In this document: one piece after another, positions 21,876 through 32,432 of the stretch
Layout of the letters: each line of letters begins with the position of its first letter
Position numbering within the stretch: the first letter of the stretch is position 1
From: a virus
Virus record (IMG/VR): IMGVR_UViG_3300022839_000011
Coordinates: 1 to 64,000 of that record
Strand: one strand, 5' to 3'
DNA: 64,000 nucleotides
Made by a program: the position numbers and the translations under genes
Notes under the pieces: generated by a model
The model's input: only the letters and a program-made list of their open reading frames with translations
What the model was told of the DNA's origin: nothing
The model's database searches: none

Positions 21876-22766
21876 TTATACTGCCATTGGTGCTTTTATT
21901 GTGGGATGATGTACATAATTTTTAAGAGTAAATAGAGGGCAATCTTCGAGTTTAAAGCCATTGCGTAGTCTATCCATAAGGTCAAACTCTACACCAATTT
22001 CAAGTGTAGGTAAAGCATATTCTTCTCTTAGCAGTTGTTCTTTTACCTGATCAAAGTGATCATTATATATGTGCGCATCACCGATAGAATGTACAAAATT
22101 TCCTACTTCCAAACCACATTCACGAGCAATAATATGTGTCAAGAGAGCATAACTTGCGATATTAAACGGGATTCCTAAAAATAAATCGCCAGATCTTTGT
22201 GTCATCATGCAACTTAGTTTGCCATTTACCACACGAAATTGCGCGGTGTAGTGACAAGGCGGCAATGACATTTCAGGAATTAACAAAGGATTCCAAGCAG
22301 ATAATATGATTCTCCTTGAATCTGGTGTTTCTTTTATTTGTTCGATAATTTGCAGTATTTGGTCAACACCACATTCTGATCCTCTGAAATAGTCAAAATT
22401 TCGCCAAATTTCCCCATAAATTGGCCCCAGCTCTTTTTTAGAATCGTTATTTTCATATCCTAACGCAACACCTTGATTATCTGCGTTGGCAGTCCAAATT
22501 GTATTTCTTCCAACTAAATCTTTTCTGGGCTTACCATAAGTTAGTTCGGCAAGCCTACGTTCATCTGTGCTTCCTTCAAGCATCCAAAGCAATTCACCAA
22601 CAACAGATTTCCATGCAAGTTTTTTTGTTGTTACCGCTGGAAACCCATCTACAAGATTAAAATGCATTTGACGACCGAATAAGGTACGGGTTCCTGTCCC
22701 TGTTCTGTCACTTACATTTTCACCGTTTTCTAAAATATCTTTTAGTAGCATATGATATTGTTTCAA
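21876..22766 (-). CDS. td: thymidylate synthase ThyA
   Basis: DRTGTGT, ELLW, LPPCH, QRSGDLFLGIPFNIASY, GDAHIY. Confidence 0.97.
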   Translation of the reverse strand: MKQYHMLLKDILENGENVSDRTGTGTRTLFGRQMHFNLVDGFPAVTTKKLAWKSVVGELLWMLEGSTDERRLAELTYGKPRKDLVGRNTIWTANADNQGVALGYENNDSKKELGPIYGEIWRNFDYFRGSECGVDQILQIIEQIKETPDSRRIILSAWNPLLIPEMSLPPCHYTAQFRVVNGKLSCMMTQRSGDLFLGIPFNIASYALLTHIIARECGLEVGNFVHSIGDAHIYNDHFDQVKEQLLREEYALPTLEIGVEFDLMDRLRNGFKLEDCPLFTLKNYVHHPTIKAPMAV

Positions 22767-23251
22767 TTCTTACTCCAAATACTAAATTCTAACCCATCTT
22801 GTTTGTTTACTGCCGTCTTATCATAACCATTAAGATACATATTCATATCTACAAATGCATCACAATCATAATCACCATCAATCTTAGTCACAAAAATGTT
22901 GTCGCATAGATGAAGGGTTTGCCTATAAATATCAGCGCCGCCAATGATCCAGATTTTAAGGTTTGGATACTCCATTTTTAAATTTTCGATGAGTTCCTTC
23001 ATGTCACCAAACCAAGTATATTTAGGGGAGCCTATAATTTCTGATCTTGTGACTACGATATTCATTCTTTTTGGTAGATTTTTACTACCGATACTTTCCC
23101 ATGTTTTTCTACCCATAATTACAATATGGCCATTAGTACATTCTCTAAACCATTTCATATCAGCTGAGGAATGTGGCCATGGTAGAACACCATCTTTTCC
23201 TATACCATATTTATTATCATGCGCTAAAATAGCATTTACTGTCATATTCAT
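22763..23251 (-). CDS. frd: dihydrofolate reductase
   Basis: GIGKDG.LPW, DM.WF, IMGRKTWES, IIGGADIY. Confidence 0.95.
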   Translation of the reverse strand: MNMTVNAILAHDNKYGIGKDGVLPWPHSSADMKWFRECTNGHIVIMGRKTWESIGSKNLPKRMNIVVTRSEIIGSPKYTWFGDMKELIENLKMEYPNLKIWIIGGADIYRQTLHLCDNIFVTKIDGDYDCDAFVDMNMYLNGYDKTAVNKQDGLEFSIWSKN

Positions 23252-23946
23252 TCTCCAAAAAAATTGTGTGATTGGTGTACATGCATTTCCATTACTCTAT
23301 TTGTTGCTATATCATAATATTTTTTGTTTTGTTCTATACAAATCCATTTGCGATTATTCTTTTCAGCAGCAACAGCAGTTGTGCCAGAACCAGCAAATGG
23401 GTCTAGAACGATGTCACCTACAACAGAAGAGTTAGTTATTAACTTTTGTATAAAAGATAATGGTTTTTCAGTTGGGTGCATCTTATCAATACCTTTTAGC
23501 ATTTTTACATGTTGATAATCTCTACTAGTCATATCATGTATTGCTTTTGCTTTACCTTTTTTAAAAAATAAGACTGGTTCAGTGTATTTTAAATACCATC
23601 TGTTTGGCATATTTGTATCTTTTATCATGTTTATAATGTTATGAAAATGAAATCCAACTTCATCAGCTATGTTTAAATAGTTACGCAAGTCATTTCGATT
23701 TGTGAATGTGTAAAAATGAGTAGAATCTTTCATGACTCTGAATACTTCTTCGAACCAAATTCTTGTATCTGGTAAACTGTCACCTATTATAAACCCGTTT
23801 GGCATATAATTTGGTCTTGATGAGTTTCCTGTTTTTGTCATCTTGTATGGTGGGTCGGTTATGACCATATCAATAGAACCATCAGGAATATCTTTCATCA
23901 ATTCAAGACAATCGCCAAGCCAAAATTCACCATTCTTAATTTTCAT
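23248..23946 (-). CDS. DNA N6-adenine/N4-cytosine methyltransferase (beta class)
   Basis: TDPPY ... HPTEKP ... LDPFAGSGTT. Confidence 0.93.
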   Translation of the reverse strand: MKIKNGEFWLGDCLELMKDIPDGSIDMVITDPPYKMTKTGNSSRPNYMPNGFIIGDSLPDTRIWFEEVFRVMKDSTHFYTFTNRNDLRNYLNIADEVGFHFHNIINMIKDTNMPNRWYLKYTEPVLFFKKGKAKAIHDMTSRDYQHVKMLKGIDKMHPTEKPLSFIQKLITNSSVVGDIVLDPFAGSGTTAVAAEKNNRKWICIEQNKKYYDIATNRVMEMHVHQSHNFFGE

Positions 23947-24638
23947 ATTTCCCCCATATTAAAAAAATCTATCAATCCACTTGTGCCATTTATTCTTTTC
24001 TGTGCAGTTGCAAAATATGTTTCATCTAACTCTATTCCTACAAATGGCAAGTTCAATTTCTTTGCTGCTACACCTGTACTACCTGAACCCATGAATGGAT
24101 CTAAAACAATGCCATTAGAACCATCACCAATCCCATGAATAATTTCTTCCATGAGGCTAACTGGTTTGCAAGTCGGATGCCCATTATCTTCGGATGGGCT
24201 TGGTCTACGATGTGAAAAAACAGACTTCAATCGTTTGTTGTCAAAGATTCTTCGTCCTTTTGATGCATACCAGATAATATCATGCATAGGTGCAAAAGCC
24301 CCTGTCAAATCGCCCATGCCATGATGCATACGATTCCAAACACCTTGTGAACGCAAATTGAATCCGTTTTTTTCAATAGACTCCCGCCAAATGTGACTTG
24401 TATTCCAGTCACAAAATGTGACGAAACCACCACCATCTTTTAATACGCGAAAAGCTTCTGAAATCCATTCTGTGTTTACCTTATCATCACCATTAATGGC
24501 CTTATGTCTTGGACCTTCTTTTGCTGCATTAGACACAAAATTCATACCATATGGCGGGTCTGTAACTACCATATCAACAGACCCACTTTCAATTTTTTTG
24601 ATCTCTAGTAGACAATCGCCGTTTATTAGTTTCAACAC
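23943..24638 (-). CDS. DNA N6-adenine/N4-cytosine methyltransferase (beta class)
   Basis: TDPPY ... HPTCKP ... LDPFMGSGST. Confidence 0.93.
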   Translation of the reverse strand: MLKLINGDCLLEIKKIESGSVDMVVTDPPYGMNFVSNAAKEGPRHKAINGDDKVNTEWISEAFRVLKDGGGFVTFCDWNTSHIWRESIEKNGFNLRSQGVWNRMHHGMGDLTGAFAPMHDIIWYASKGRRIFDNKRLKSVFSHRRPSPSEDNGHPTCKPVSLMEEIIHGIGDGSNGIVLDPFMGSGSTGVAAKKLNLPFVGIELDETYFATAQKRINGTSGLIDFFNMGEI

Positions 24639-24651
24639 ATTTACCCCGTTG

Positions 24652-25677
24652 TTAACAGTTTTTAAGATCGATCAGCTTTATCTTAGCTTCCAAACCACTA
24701 TACACGTTTTTCTTGATCATGTCCACAATATAAGATGATGATAATCCACTTGATACAAAATCATTTATGTCTTTTCCATACTTTGTCATCCCTTTAGGGA
24801 ACAAGCATACTTTCATGCCTTTGTCAATTATTTTTTCAACACGTTTCATAATTTCTTTGTTTCTGTATTCCAAATCAAAAACGAAAACCGCATTTTCAAC
24901 ATTATCTAGCCCTGAAAGATTTCCATCAGCACCCGCCATTGCAATAGAATTTGGAACAAACAAACTATCTATCGCACCTTCGAGTACATAATATTGTTTT
25001 TTCGAATCGACTTTATCCAGACCAAATATTTTTGGCTTTTCATCCATCATGATAGTGAGGTATCGTAATCCATTAGGGTCAAATCCCCTACCCGTAAAGC
25101 CAAACATTTTTCCTTTACTATCTAGAAAGGGGATGACAATTCTAGGCTCATCTCTTGTAAATATTAATTTTTCTGGTATAATAGAATTTACCCAAGTCTT
25201 AAACTTGGGCGCATAAAATATCCTGTAATGCTGGTCGGTTGGAATTTTTCTTGATTCGATATACAGTTTTGCTGGGTGATCAAATTTCAACTGACTGACT
25301 TTTTTGATCTTAGATAGATGGTTAATACTTAATTTTGGCGGTTCTTTGGTTGGTTCTATTTTTGCTGTTGGGGGTACATCTACCCTTGATACATTATTGA
25401 CATATTTATCTGTAATGTATGAATTATATGCCATAGGGTCAAACCCGCGCAAGAATGAAACGAAAGAATGACTCTCGCCGCAGTTATGACAAAAATACCT
25501 AAACGACTGATATTTGTCTTCAAGAAACCAAGCTCTTGCTTTTGATTTGGAGGTTTGTGAATCACCACAATATATGCATCTAAAGTTAATACGATAAGGG
25601 GATTTATTTTTGATAGAAAAACGCTCAAGTTTATTAGACAGCATCATAACGTGCTGTAGATCAATATAGTCAACCAT
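24652..25677 (-). CDS. 61: DNA primase (T4 gp61-like)
   Basis: RCIYCGDS...CHNC Zn ribbon; RIVIPF; LEGAIDS; FD.EYRN; KDIND. Confidence 0.93.
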   Translation of the reverse strand: MVDYIDLQHVMMLSNKLERFSIKNKSPYRINFRCIYCGDSQTSKSKARAWFLEDKYQSFRYFCHNCGESHSFVSFLRGFDPMAYNSYITDKYVNNVSRVDVPPTAKIEPTKEPPKLSINHLSKIKKVSQLKFDHPAKLYIESRKIPTDQHYRIFYAPKFKTWVNSIIPEKLIFTRDEPRIVIPFLDSKGKMFGFTGRGFDPNGLRYLTIMMDEKPKIFGLDKVDSKKQYYVLEGAIDSLFVPNSIAMAGADGNLSGLDNVENAVFVFDLEYRNKEIMKRVEKIIDKGMKVCLFPKGMTKYGKDINDFVSSGLSSSYIVDMIKKNVYSGLEAKIKLIDLKNC

Positions 25678-25754
25678 GTTTATTTTATCTCTTACTTACT
25701 TACTATCTCATTCAATATAACATTGATTATATACATAGTGCAAGTACTTGTCAA

Positions 25755-26231
25755 CTAGAAAAATGATGAAAAAGGAAATTTTGACAAGATAAAAATTATG
25801 ACTGCACCTATACCAAGTATGTACCATCTCCAGTTTTCCAGAGAATTTATACGTTTATCTTGATGGTCTAGCTTGTCACTTAGTTTTTGGTTTGACTTAT
25901 TGATGGCATCAAGAACCTCTTTATGCCTTCTATCTCTTTCATGGTCAGATACATTTTTCATATCTTCCAACTTTTGATTTAATTCTTTACGAAAATCTAA
26001 TTCGTCTTGGGTATTCTTCATAGACTTTTCTTCGAGACTCGCAATTCTTTTTTCGTTATTTTGCAGAATGTTTTCCTGAACAGCTATATTTTTTATTACG
26101 TTAGTCATTTGTATGACAGCATCATCAATTTTTTGGAACACCCGTTCAATCTGCTTAACATCTTTTTTTATTAGGGCTATGTCTGTTTTGATAGAATTTG
26201 TTTCATTATCATTCATCTGATTGCCCGTCAT
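25755..26231 (-). CDS. coiled-coil protein with C-terminal TM helix (XhlA-like), lysis region
   Basis: RINSLENWRWYILGIGAVIIF. Confidence 0.65.
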   Translation of the reverse strand: MTGNQMNDNETNSIKTDIALIKKDVKQIERVFQKIDDAVIQMTNVIKNIAVQENILQNNEKRIASLEEKSMKNTQDELDFRKELNQKLEDMKNVSDHERDRRHKEVLDAINKSNQKLSDKLDHQDKRINSLENWRWYILGIGAVIIFILSKFPFSSFF

Positions 26232-26496
26232 AATCTGCCTTTATCCTTTGTATCTTTTCTTGGCCTCTTGTGAAAGCACTAATTCCCAAAACCGCGCCCA
26301 TAGCAGCATGAAAGACACCACCAGCTATTAATGTTAGAGGAGTCCATTGTAATGCAACACTACCAGAACCCCAAACTTGAATTAAACTCCAAAGTATAGG
26401 AGCTACGACAAAATCAAATAGAATAATAATCATATATACAACTGCCATCATTGGCCTCCAATGCGTCCGCAGCCAATTTTTTTTACCATCTTCCAT
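26209..26496 (-). CDS. putative holin
   Basis: HWRPMMA.VY...FDF, two TM helices, GAVLGISAFTRGQEKI; late promoter 26502-26509. Confidence 0.7.
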   Translation of the reverse strand: MEDGKKNWLRTHWRPMMAVVYMIIILFDFVVAPILWSLIQVWGSGSVALQWTPLTLIAGGVFHAAMGAVLGISAFTRGQEKIQRIKADYDGQSDE

Positions 26497-26520
26497 AAGA
26501 TTATTTATACCTTTTGTAAT

Positions 26521-26856
26521 CTACTTTTTGTAAATTGCTATTACTTTTTGCTGTTGCCTAATCATAGCCATAATATCAGATAAATTGAATGCAATATTTT
26601 CGTACCCTTCAGATGTCAATGCAAAAAGAACTTTTTCGCCATTCATATCATCAAACAAATGATTTATGTTTTCAGGCGTGACGATAATCCATTTGACACT
26701 TTTAAGGCCAAGCTGGTCTACTTTAGGAACAATAGGTTTAGGTTTACTGACTTCAACTGTTCGTATCTCAATTGGTGTTACTGCAATATCTTTCGGGCCA
26801 ACTGAACAAGCACTAAGGAGTATTATTACCAGACCAAAACCAAGGACATTCGACAT
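26521..26856 (-). CDS. putative o-spanin (lipoprotein)
   Basis: Signal with LSAC lipobox, Pro-rich, overlapping the 3' end of the i-spanin. Confidence 0.7.
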   Translation of the reverse strand: MSNVLGFGLVIILLSACSVGPKDIAVTPIEIRTVEVSKPKPIVPKVDQLGLKSVKWIIVTPENINHLFDDMNGEKVLFALTSEGYENIAFNLSDIMAMIRQQQKVIAIYKK

Positions 26857-27292
26857 TAAATTCTTTCTCGTTTTTAGCATTTTTTTCCTTATCATTTAAT
26901 GGCACACCGGATAATAATTCGAAACACCTAAGCACATTTGCCGAAGCATTATTGACTGTTCTTTGGACTAATACTGGTTTTGCCGCAGCTAATGCATCTA
27001 ATTCATGGCGACCAAGACGTTCACGCAACTCATTATTTTCAATTCGTATAACTTGAAAATCGTTCTGGACAGCATAAAAATTACTAGTAACTTCTTCAAA
27101 ATTTTGTTCCATTTTATCAATTGTATTGATATTTTCAGTATTGGCCCTTAATAATTGGCCATTGTTCACAACCAACGTGGCATTGGCTTGTGTTAACGCT
27201 TCAATGCGCGTTTGAGTGGTGTTGTAATAATAGTATACAGCTCCACTCAATAACGCTATCAATATACCTATGAAAATCCAAGATTTCATCAA
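26813..27292 (-). CDS. putative i-spanin
   Basis: N-terminal TM then coiled coil; C-terminal Cys residues. Confidence 0.7.
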   Translation of the reverse strand: MMKSWIFIGILIALLSGAVYYYYNTTQTRIEALTQANATLVVNNGQLLRANTENINTIDKMEQNFEEVTSNFYAVQNDFQVIRIENNELRERLGRHELDALAAAKPVLVQRTVNNASANVLRCFELLSGVPLNDKEKNAKNEKEFNVECPWFWSGNNTP

Positions 27293-27299
27293 TTAGCCT

Positions 27300-27641
27300 T
27301 CAAGACACTATTCTTATATTTTTCTTACCAGCCGCTTGTAGTTTTTTTGCTGCAGCAGTAGCATCGGAGTAATCATTTCCATGACTTGAAACTACTTTAC
27401 CATTAACAGTAACCTTATGATTTACCGATTGGCTATCACGTCTATCTTGAACAGATCTAGCTTGGCCCATGTCAACTTCATCTAGTTCATCATCTCCATC
27501 TAATGAATCCTCATCTTCCATGTCACACATTTTTGCTTCAAGCGCAACAGCAATACGGCCACGAAGTTCGTTTTCAAGTGCTTCTTTAAGACCGATAGGA
27601 TTTTTATCTACTGACTCTTTGATTATTCTCTGTAGTGACAT
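27300..27641 (-). CDS. putative internal head protein
   Basis: N-terminus shared with 29211-30191; acidic linker with ELDE motif. Confidence 0.55.
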   Translation of the reverse strand: MSLQRIIKESVDKNPIGLKEALENELRGRIAVALEAKMCDMEDEDSLDGDDELDEVDMGQARSVQDRRDSQSVNHKVTVNGKVVSSHGNDYSDATAAAKKLQAAGKKNIRIVS

Positions 27642-27642
27642 A

Positions 27643-28506
27643 TTAGTTTCTCCTTAAAAGTTTATTTATCTGCTTTTGGTCTATAACACCATTAGCTATG
27701 AATCTATTTATTCTTTGCCAAGATTTGACTGCTGATTCTGTTAATGGCCCAAAAGAACCATCGGCATTGAGCTTCAATGCAGTTTGCACTTCTTTTACCA
27801 AGTTACTATTTGATCCTATTTTTAAGGTAATATCACTCGATGTGGAAGTCGCAGCCCCTATTGCAGATTTGGTATCAACGTTGCCTATGATGGATTTTGC
27901 AGAAATATATCTTCTACGTCTGTCATCAATGCCTATGTCACCGCCATTAATTCTTCTTGACATTCCATTAATGTCGTCTCTATCAGCGAAGCCTGAAATA
28001 TTGTTAGTTTCCCAAAACCAACAAGCAGACTCGAACGCACCTTCTTTAGTTCTGACATAATCAGCCGCTTGCTCAGGACTCATTTTCATAAAATTTGCAA
28101 ATACCGTGAAGTTGCTTCTTCCAGTAAGTTGTTTGATTCCGCCGCCTCTAAATCGCCAGCCATCACCAGCTACAGTATTACCTAGCGCACCTTTTTTAGA
28201 TCTAAATTCATCCATGTACACATAGTTAGCAATTTTTTGTGGGTTTCTGGCATATTCAGCGGCATTTCTTTTTCCTGCACCAAAATACCTACCAAACACA
28301 CGATTAAGAGCATCCTCGCTATAATTCAAGTTTTCTTCAAGTGCACGAAAATCATTAGATTCGTGTGCGCACTGTGCCATAAACCCAGCTATTCTATTTT
28401 GTGTATTAATTTGGTACTTCTCAAAGAATCTCATCGCTATCGCATACCAAGCATCTGGTTCTTTGTTACTTGGAATCATCTGTCTAAAATTTTGTAATGT
28501 TATCAT
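27643..28506 (-). CDS. GH19 endolysin with C-terminal peptidoglycan-binding domain
   Basis: FMAQCAHES, ENLNYS, GDGWRFRG.G..QLTGR.N, SACWFW, INGG; DG.FGP.TE.AVK.WQ. Confidence 0.92.
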   Translation of the reverse strand: MITLQNFRQMIPSNKEPDAWYAIAMRFFEKYQINTQNRIAGFMAQCAHESNDFRALEENLNYSEDALNRVFGRYFGAGKRNAAEYARNPQKIANYVYMDEFRSKKGALGNTVAGDGWRFRGGGIKQLTGRSNFTVFANFMKMSPEQAADYVRTKEGAFESACWFWETNNISGFADRDDINGMSRRINGGDIGIDDRRRRYISAKSIIGNVDTKSAIGAATSTSSDITLKIGSNSNLVKEVQTALKLNADGSFGPLTESAVKSWQRINRFIANGVIDQKQINKLLRRN

Positions 28507-28524
28507 GCCTATTTCCTTTAGAAT

Positions 28525-29106
28525 TTATGCATTTCTGATGTCTGTAATCATATCTCTGAATTTTTTGGTCTTTTGATTACTTTTTTTGTATTTTCTCACT
28601 TGCGATGGTGTGAAACCAACTTCACCTTGCGGCCCAACACCCATCCCAGCAATATTACCAGAGCCGACATTCATAGTTGGCGCATCTTCATCAAATGCTT
28701 TTTCAAAAAGAGAATTGATATCATCTTTGATATTGACATTATTTTCTTTTATGATATTATTGACGTACATAGATAAATCTTCGAAGTTTAATTCGTTATC
28801 TGTAACATCTTCGGTCAGCATTGTGTTGTCTGAAAAATGATTCCACTCACGAATTAAATATAGTGCAGCTGCATAAGAACCAAGCCTTGTGCTTCCACCT
28901 GGGATTTTTTCTAATAGCTTTTTTATGTTAAGAAGCATAACATCATATATACCAAAAGCATTTTTTTCTTCACGTCTTGCAAGGGTTTTGCGCTTTCTAA
29001 GCACTTCCCCTTTTTCATCAATTATGCCAAGTTTATAGGCATCCCATTCCACAAATGGCGTGGCAAGCCTCCGAATGAACTGATATACGAGGAATAAGTC
29101 TAGCAT
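28525..29106 (-). CDS. T4-like late/virion protein
   Basis: DLFLVYQFIRRLATPF..WDAYKLGIID; C-terminal EDAPTMNVGSGNIAG. Confidence 0.65.
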   Translation of the reverse strand: MLDLFLVYQFIRRLATPFVEWDAYKLGIIDEKGEVLRKRKTLARREEKNAFGIYDVMLLNIKKLLEKIPGGSTRLGSYAAALYLIREWNHFSDNTMLTEDVTDNELNFEDLSMYVNNIIKENNVNIKDDINSLFEKAFDEDAPTMNVGSGNIAGMGVGPQGEVGFTPSQVRKYKKSNQKTKKFRDMITDIRNA

Positions 29107-29167
29107 ACAAAAATCTTTCTACTTATTTTTAGTTTCTTTGCCCTGATATACAATACACAAGGATATG

Positions 29168-29207
29168 AATCCCGAGTTAGATGAAACGGATATCTAACTC
29201 GGGATTA
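29168..29207. terminator. long hairpin / putative terminator
   Basis: AATCCCGAGTTAGAT...ATCTAACTCGGGATT. Confidence 0.5.
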
Positions 29208-29210
29208 TAA

Positions 29211-30191
29211 TTAATCAGCGTAGTATATTTCCACACTGTCATCTTTGTATGATGTGCTGTCCATTTTCCACTTTGCATAAAACTGTGTTGGTTGATTCAT
29301 TTTCACCCAATCTTTAACAGCAGCAAGTGTTGGTTTTCCTTTTGCTCCTACAGAGCCTTTTTTAGCTTTAGCAGTGAATTCTTTTATTTTCTTTAGCGTA
29401 TCAAGTTGCCGACCAAAAGGTTGTTTGAAAAATTCGTTATCTGCGCCATTCAAATTTACCGCATAGCTGAATCCATCGTTGCTACCGAACACGGTTTTAG
29501 GCATCTTGGCTTCAAACATGTAGTCTTCTTTGGCAAATTGGAAGCTTGCATTTTTCATAATATTTTGCAGACCACCTACTTGTGCTGGTGTGAATGAATC
29601 ATTTTTTGCATAAAAATCTACAAGACCTTTTCCAAATGCTTTCGACTTTGCATCTTTGCCATTCGCAGCAAGTGACTTGGCGGCTTTTAGGACTTCTGAA
29701 TCATCCATCTTGGCTTCATCAAGACTTTCTTTTAGATTTTCGATGTTCCAACCACGAAGCCATGCTTTCATGAACTCTATCTTAGATTCATGTGATGCCG
29801 TACGCAAAATATCCGACAATGCAGGGTCGAGAACAGGAGCGTTGATCCCAGATTTGAATGCGTTGGCACCCATCTGTTGATACTTTTTAGTTTCATCCGT
29901 TGTAATTTTATACTTTTTGGCTTCATCAAGACTTTCTTTTTTGATTGCTTTAGCAATTGTTTTTCTGCGATTATGTAGATACTCATCTGAATCATCTTCA
30001 TCACCGTCATTGTCAATGTCTTTGTCGTCGCGGTCTTTAAAGTCTTTGCTAAGTTCTTTGGCGTCTACAGCATCGAGTTTCTTTTCTTCTAATGCAGTTT
30101 TAATTCTTTCATTAATAGCTAATGAGAATGCTTCTTTTAAGCCAATTGGATTAGATGCTATACTTGCGATTATTATATCTTTAAGTGACAT
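29211..30191 (-). CDS. putative internal head polyprotein
   Basis: DKDIDNDGDEDDSDEYLH.RRK motif; repeated KESLDEAK. Confidence 0.6.
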   Translation of the reverse strand: MSLKDIIIASIASNPIGLKEAFSLAINERIKTALEEKKLDAVDAKELSKDFKDRDDKDIDNDGDEDDSDEYLHNRRKTIAKAIKKESLDEAKKYKITTDETKKYQQMGANAFKSGINAPVLDPALSDILRTASHESKIEFMKAWLRGWNIENLKESLDEAKMDDSEVLKAAKSLAANGKDAKSKAFGKGLVDFYAKNDSFTPAQVGGLQNIMKNASFQFAKEDYMFEAKMPKTVFGSNDGFSYAVNLNGADNEFFKQPFGRQLDTLKKIKEFTAKAKKGSVGAKGKPTLAAVKDWVKMNQPTQFYAKWKMDSTSYKDDSVEIYYAD

Positions 30192-30566
30192 TTATATCTC
30201 CTTTAATTTTTTTTCTATTGTGATGTCTGTTTCTATTGTATTAGTATATATAACATTTCCATTATACTCTATTTTTTCGGGTAGCATATTTAAAAAATTA
30301 ATAAACGGTTTTAATTTTGTGGCATACTCATCAAGTTTAAAAAATAGCATATTAGTAGCACCTGTTCCGAAAGTGTTATATATAATAATAATATGATTTA
30401 GAATCAACCTTTCTCTCAAATCACCATCAATATTATATCTATTAAAAAGTTTTCGAATATACTGAAATCTTTTAAGATCTTCTTCAAATTCCGCAATGTC
30501 GTGACAATGTGGGTTATCATAATGTTTCATTGCAAATTGGAGAAAGGTCGATTCATCTAATCTCAT
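30192..30566 (-). CDS. conserved T4-like phage protein
   Basis: FAMKHYDNP.C...EFEEDLKRF.YI..L..RY...LRERLILNH. Confidence 0.75.
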   Translation of the reverse strand: MRLDESTFLQFAMKHYDNPHCHDIAEFEEDLKRFQYIRKLFNRYNIDGDLRERLILNHIIIIYNTFGTGATNMLFFKLDEYATKLKPFINFLNMLPEKIEYNGNVIYTNTIETDITIEKKLKEI

Positions 30567-30567
30567 A

Positions 30568-30996
30568 TTAGGACTTCAAAGCAACTAAAGTTTCAACTCT
30601 ACGTCTTGTATTACCATTTTGGTCTGTGTAGGTTTGTGTAGTGGTCCAACCGGGTGTTTTGACGCCTATCAAGCGAGATTCTAAGGTCTGTGCTGTTGCT
30701 ACAGATATTAGGTCGGCAGTGATAGCTTTGTCTAGTGGCAGATATTTTGGTACTTGATTGAAAGATCCCGCAACATCTACATACTCTGCGGTAGCGACAG
30801 GTTCTACTGTCATTTCTGTATCTGATACAATAGATAATACTCTATACATATCTTCTGTTGTGTCTAAAGCAACTACATTACGGACAGAAAGTTCTGACGT
30901 AAAAAGCGTTAAGGTGCCAGTTACCGTTGTGGTATCATCTGCTAACGATACTGTTCCAGTTAGTGGTGCACCGTTTAATTTTCCCCATAGTGACAT
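30568..30996 (-). CDS. putative virion structural protein
   Basis: MSLWG..., Thr/Val-rich, TPGW....YTDQNGNTRRRVETLVA. Confidence 0.6.
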   Translation of the reverse strand: MSLWGKLNGAPLTGTVSLADDTTTVTGTLTLFTSELSVRNVVALDTTEDMYRVLSIVSDTEMTVEPVATAEYVDVAGSFNQVPKYLPLDKAITADLISVATAQTLESRLIGVKTPGWTTTQTYTDQNGNTRRRVETLVALKS

Positions 30997-31024
30997 TGAA
31001 ATCTCCTTTATATGTTATTGTTAT

Positions 31025-31606
31025 TTATTGGATATACATGTTCAATTCAAATCTGCCTTCATCATAATAAACTTGCATATGAAGTCTGCGATTTACTTCT
31101 TTACCATTTTTCATCAAATCAATTATATATCGGTTAGTCTTGCCACTACTTGGCTTTTTTGGCCCCATTGCAACTTTTCTATCCCATTCATCACCATCTA
31201 TCTCAAATCCCTGTTTTTCGGCTTGTGCTTGTGCATGTTGAACAGCAGAAGAAAATGTTTTGTGGTTTACGGTATATTTAGAATCTTCCGATAAGCTTTC
31301 TTTTTTCAATCCCCGACGGATCACCCTATTTTTTGCTAATAGACTAAGAAAATTTATATCTGATTTTGCTACAGTAGCAATTTGCTTATCTGACATGGCA
31401 TCAAGCATTTTTATCATCTTTTTATATGCTTCACTATCAGGGTCAATTTTTTTAATACCAGCATATGCTGTTTTAAGCATCTCCAGATGCGATTTACTAA
31501 AGTCAGCTTCCGCAAGTATTTCCACGGCTTCTTGTAATTCGTTTTTTTCTACAATAGTAGTTGGAGCGAATTCTTTCATAATTTGAATGAGTAATTCTTT
31601 TATCAT
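31025..31606 (-). CDS. late hypothetical protein (probable head-packaged)
   Basis: TATAAATA at 31661-31668; LQEA/LAEA/LSED motifs. Confidence 0.6.
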   Translation of the reverse strand: MIKELLIQIMKEFAPTTIVEKNELQEAVEILAEADFSKSHLEMLKTAYAGIKKIDPDSEAYKKMIKMLDAMSDKQIATVAKSDINFLSLLAKNRVIRRGLKKESLSEDSKYTVNHKTFSSAVQHAQAQAEKQGFEIDGDEWDRKVAMGPKKPSSGKTNRYIIDLMKNGKEVNRRLHMQVYYDEGRFELNMYIQ

Positions 31607-31699
31607 TTGAGCCTCTTTTTGTTAACTGGACTATTGCAATTTATTTAATTATGTCACTTGTATTTATAAGAAAAAGCATTTGGTGTTTATCCAAATGCT

Positions 31700-32431
31700 T
31701 TATTTTCTGCTCATATTTTGTTTGAATTTCATCGCAAGATCGCGCAACCCAACAGTTTTAGACAGTCCATATAGTAGTGACAATGAAAACAGTGCCGCTT
31801 GAGGTCCAGGCCAAGGAAAACTAAATAAAGTACCAGTTACAAAAAGTGTAATGAGTTTTATGCCTTCAGGCCCTGAAAATATATCTGATAAAGTAAAATT
31901 CCCCATCAAAGCGGAAATTAGGGTAGATTGATCAAAGTCATAGTCAAAGTCACCTGTAAAGCTCATATTCAGCCATATGTATAATAAGATAGCACCAACC
32001 GCAACGCCTGCTAATCTTTTTGTCTTTGGGTGCTTTGAAAGAAAAGCATCTAAACCACGAAGTTTTTCTTCTGTCCACTTAACAACTTTTGTAGACGAAA
32101 GATATTCAGAAATAGCTGAACGCAATTCTTTATAGTATTTGAACCCAAGTTTAACCTTAGAAAATATATTTACCATTGAAAATTTTATTTTTTGAAAAAA
32201 TTCAAAAATCTTCTTGTTCTTTAACATGGCAGCAATGTCTTTAATTCCGACCTTAACCTGTTGTGCTATATCCTTAATAAAGTCGTAATACTTTTTGAGG
32301 TTCCCAGCGATTCCTGAAATAAACTCGTTTAGTATATTACTTTCGTACAATTCAATAGCTTCAAGATAAAGGATGTATTCAGATTGATTTCTATGTTCTT
32401 GAAAACTTTTCACTTGGGTTCTTCCAATCAA
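31700..32431 (-). CDS. membrane protein
   Basis: C-terminal hydrophobic helices; start uncertain. Confidence 0.55.
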   Translation of the reverse strand: MIGRTQVKSFQEHRNQSEYILYLEAIELYESNILNEFISGIAGNLKKYYDFIKDIAQQVKVGIKDIAAMLKNKKIFEFFQKIKFSMVNIFSKVKLGFKYYKELRSAISEYLSSTKVVKWTEEKLRGLDAFLSKHPKTKRLAGVAVGAILLYIWLNMSFTGDFDYDFDQSTLISALMGNFTLSDIFSGPEGIKLITLFVTGTLFSFPWPGPQAALFSLSLLYGLSKTVGLRDLAMKFKQNMSRK

Positions 32432-32432
32432 T

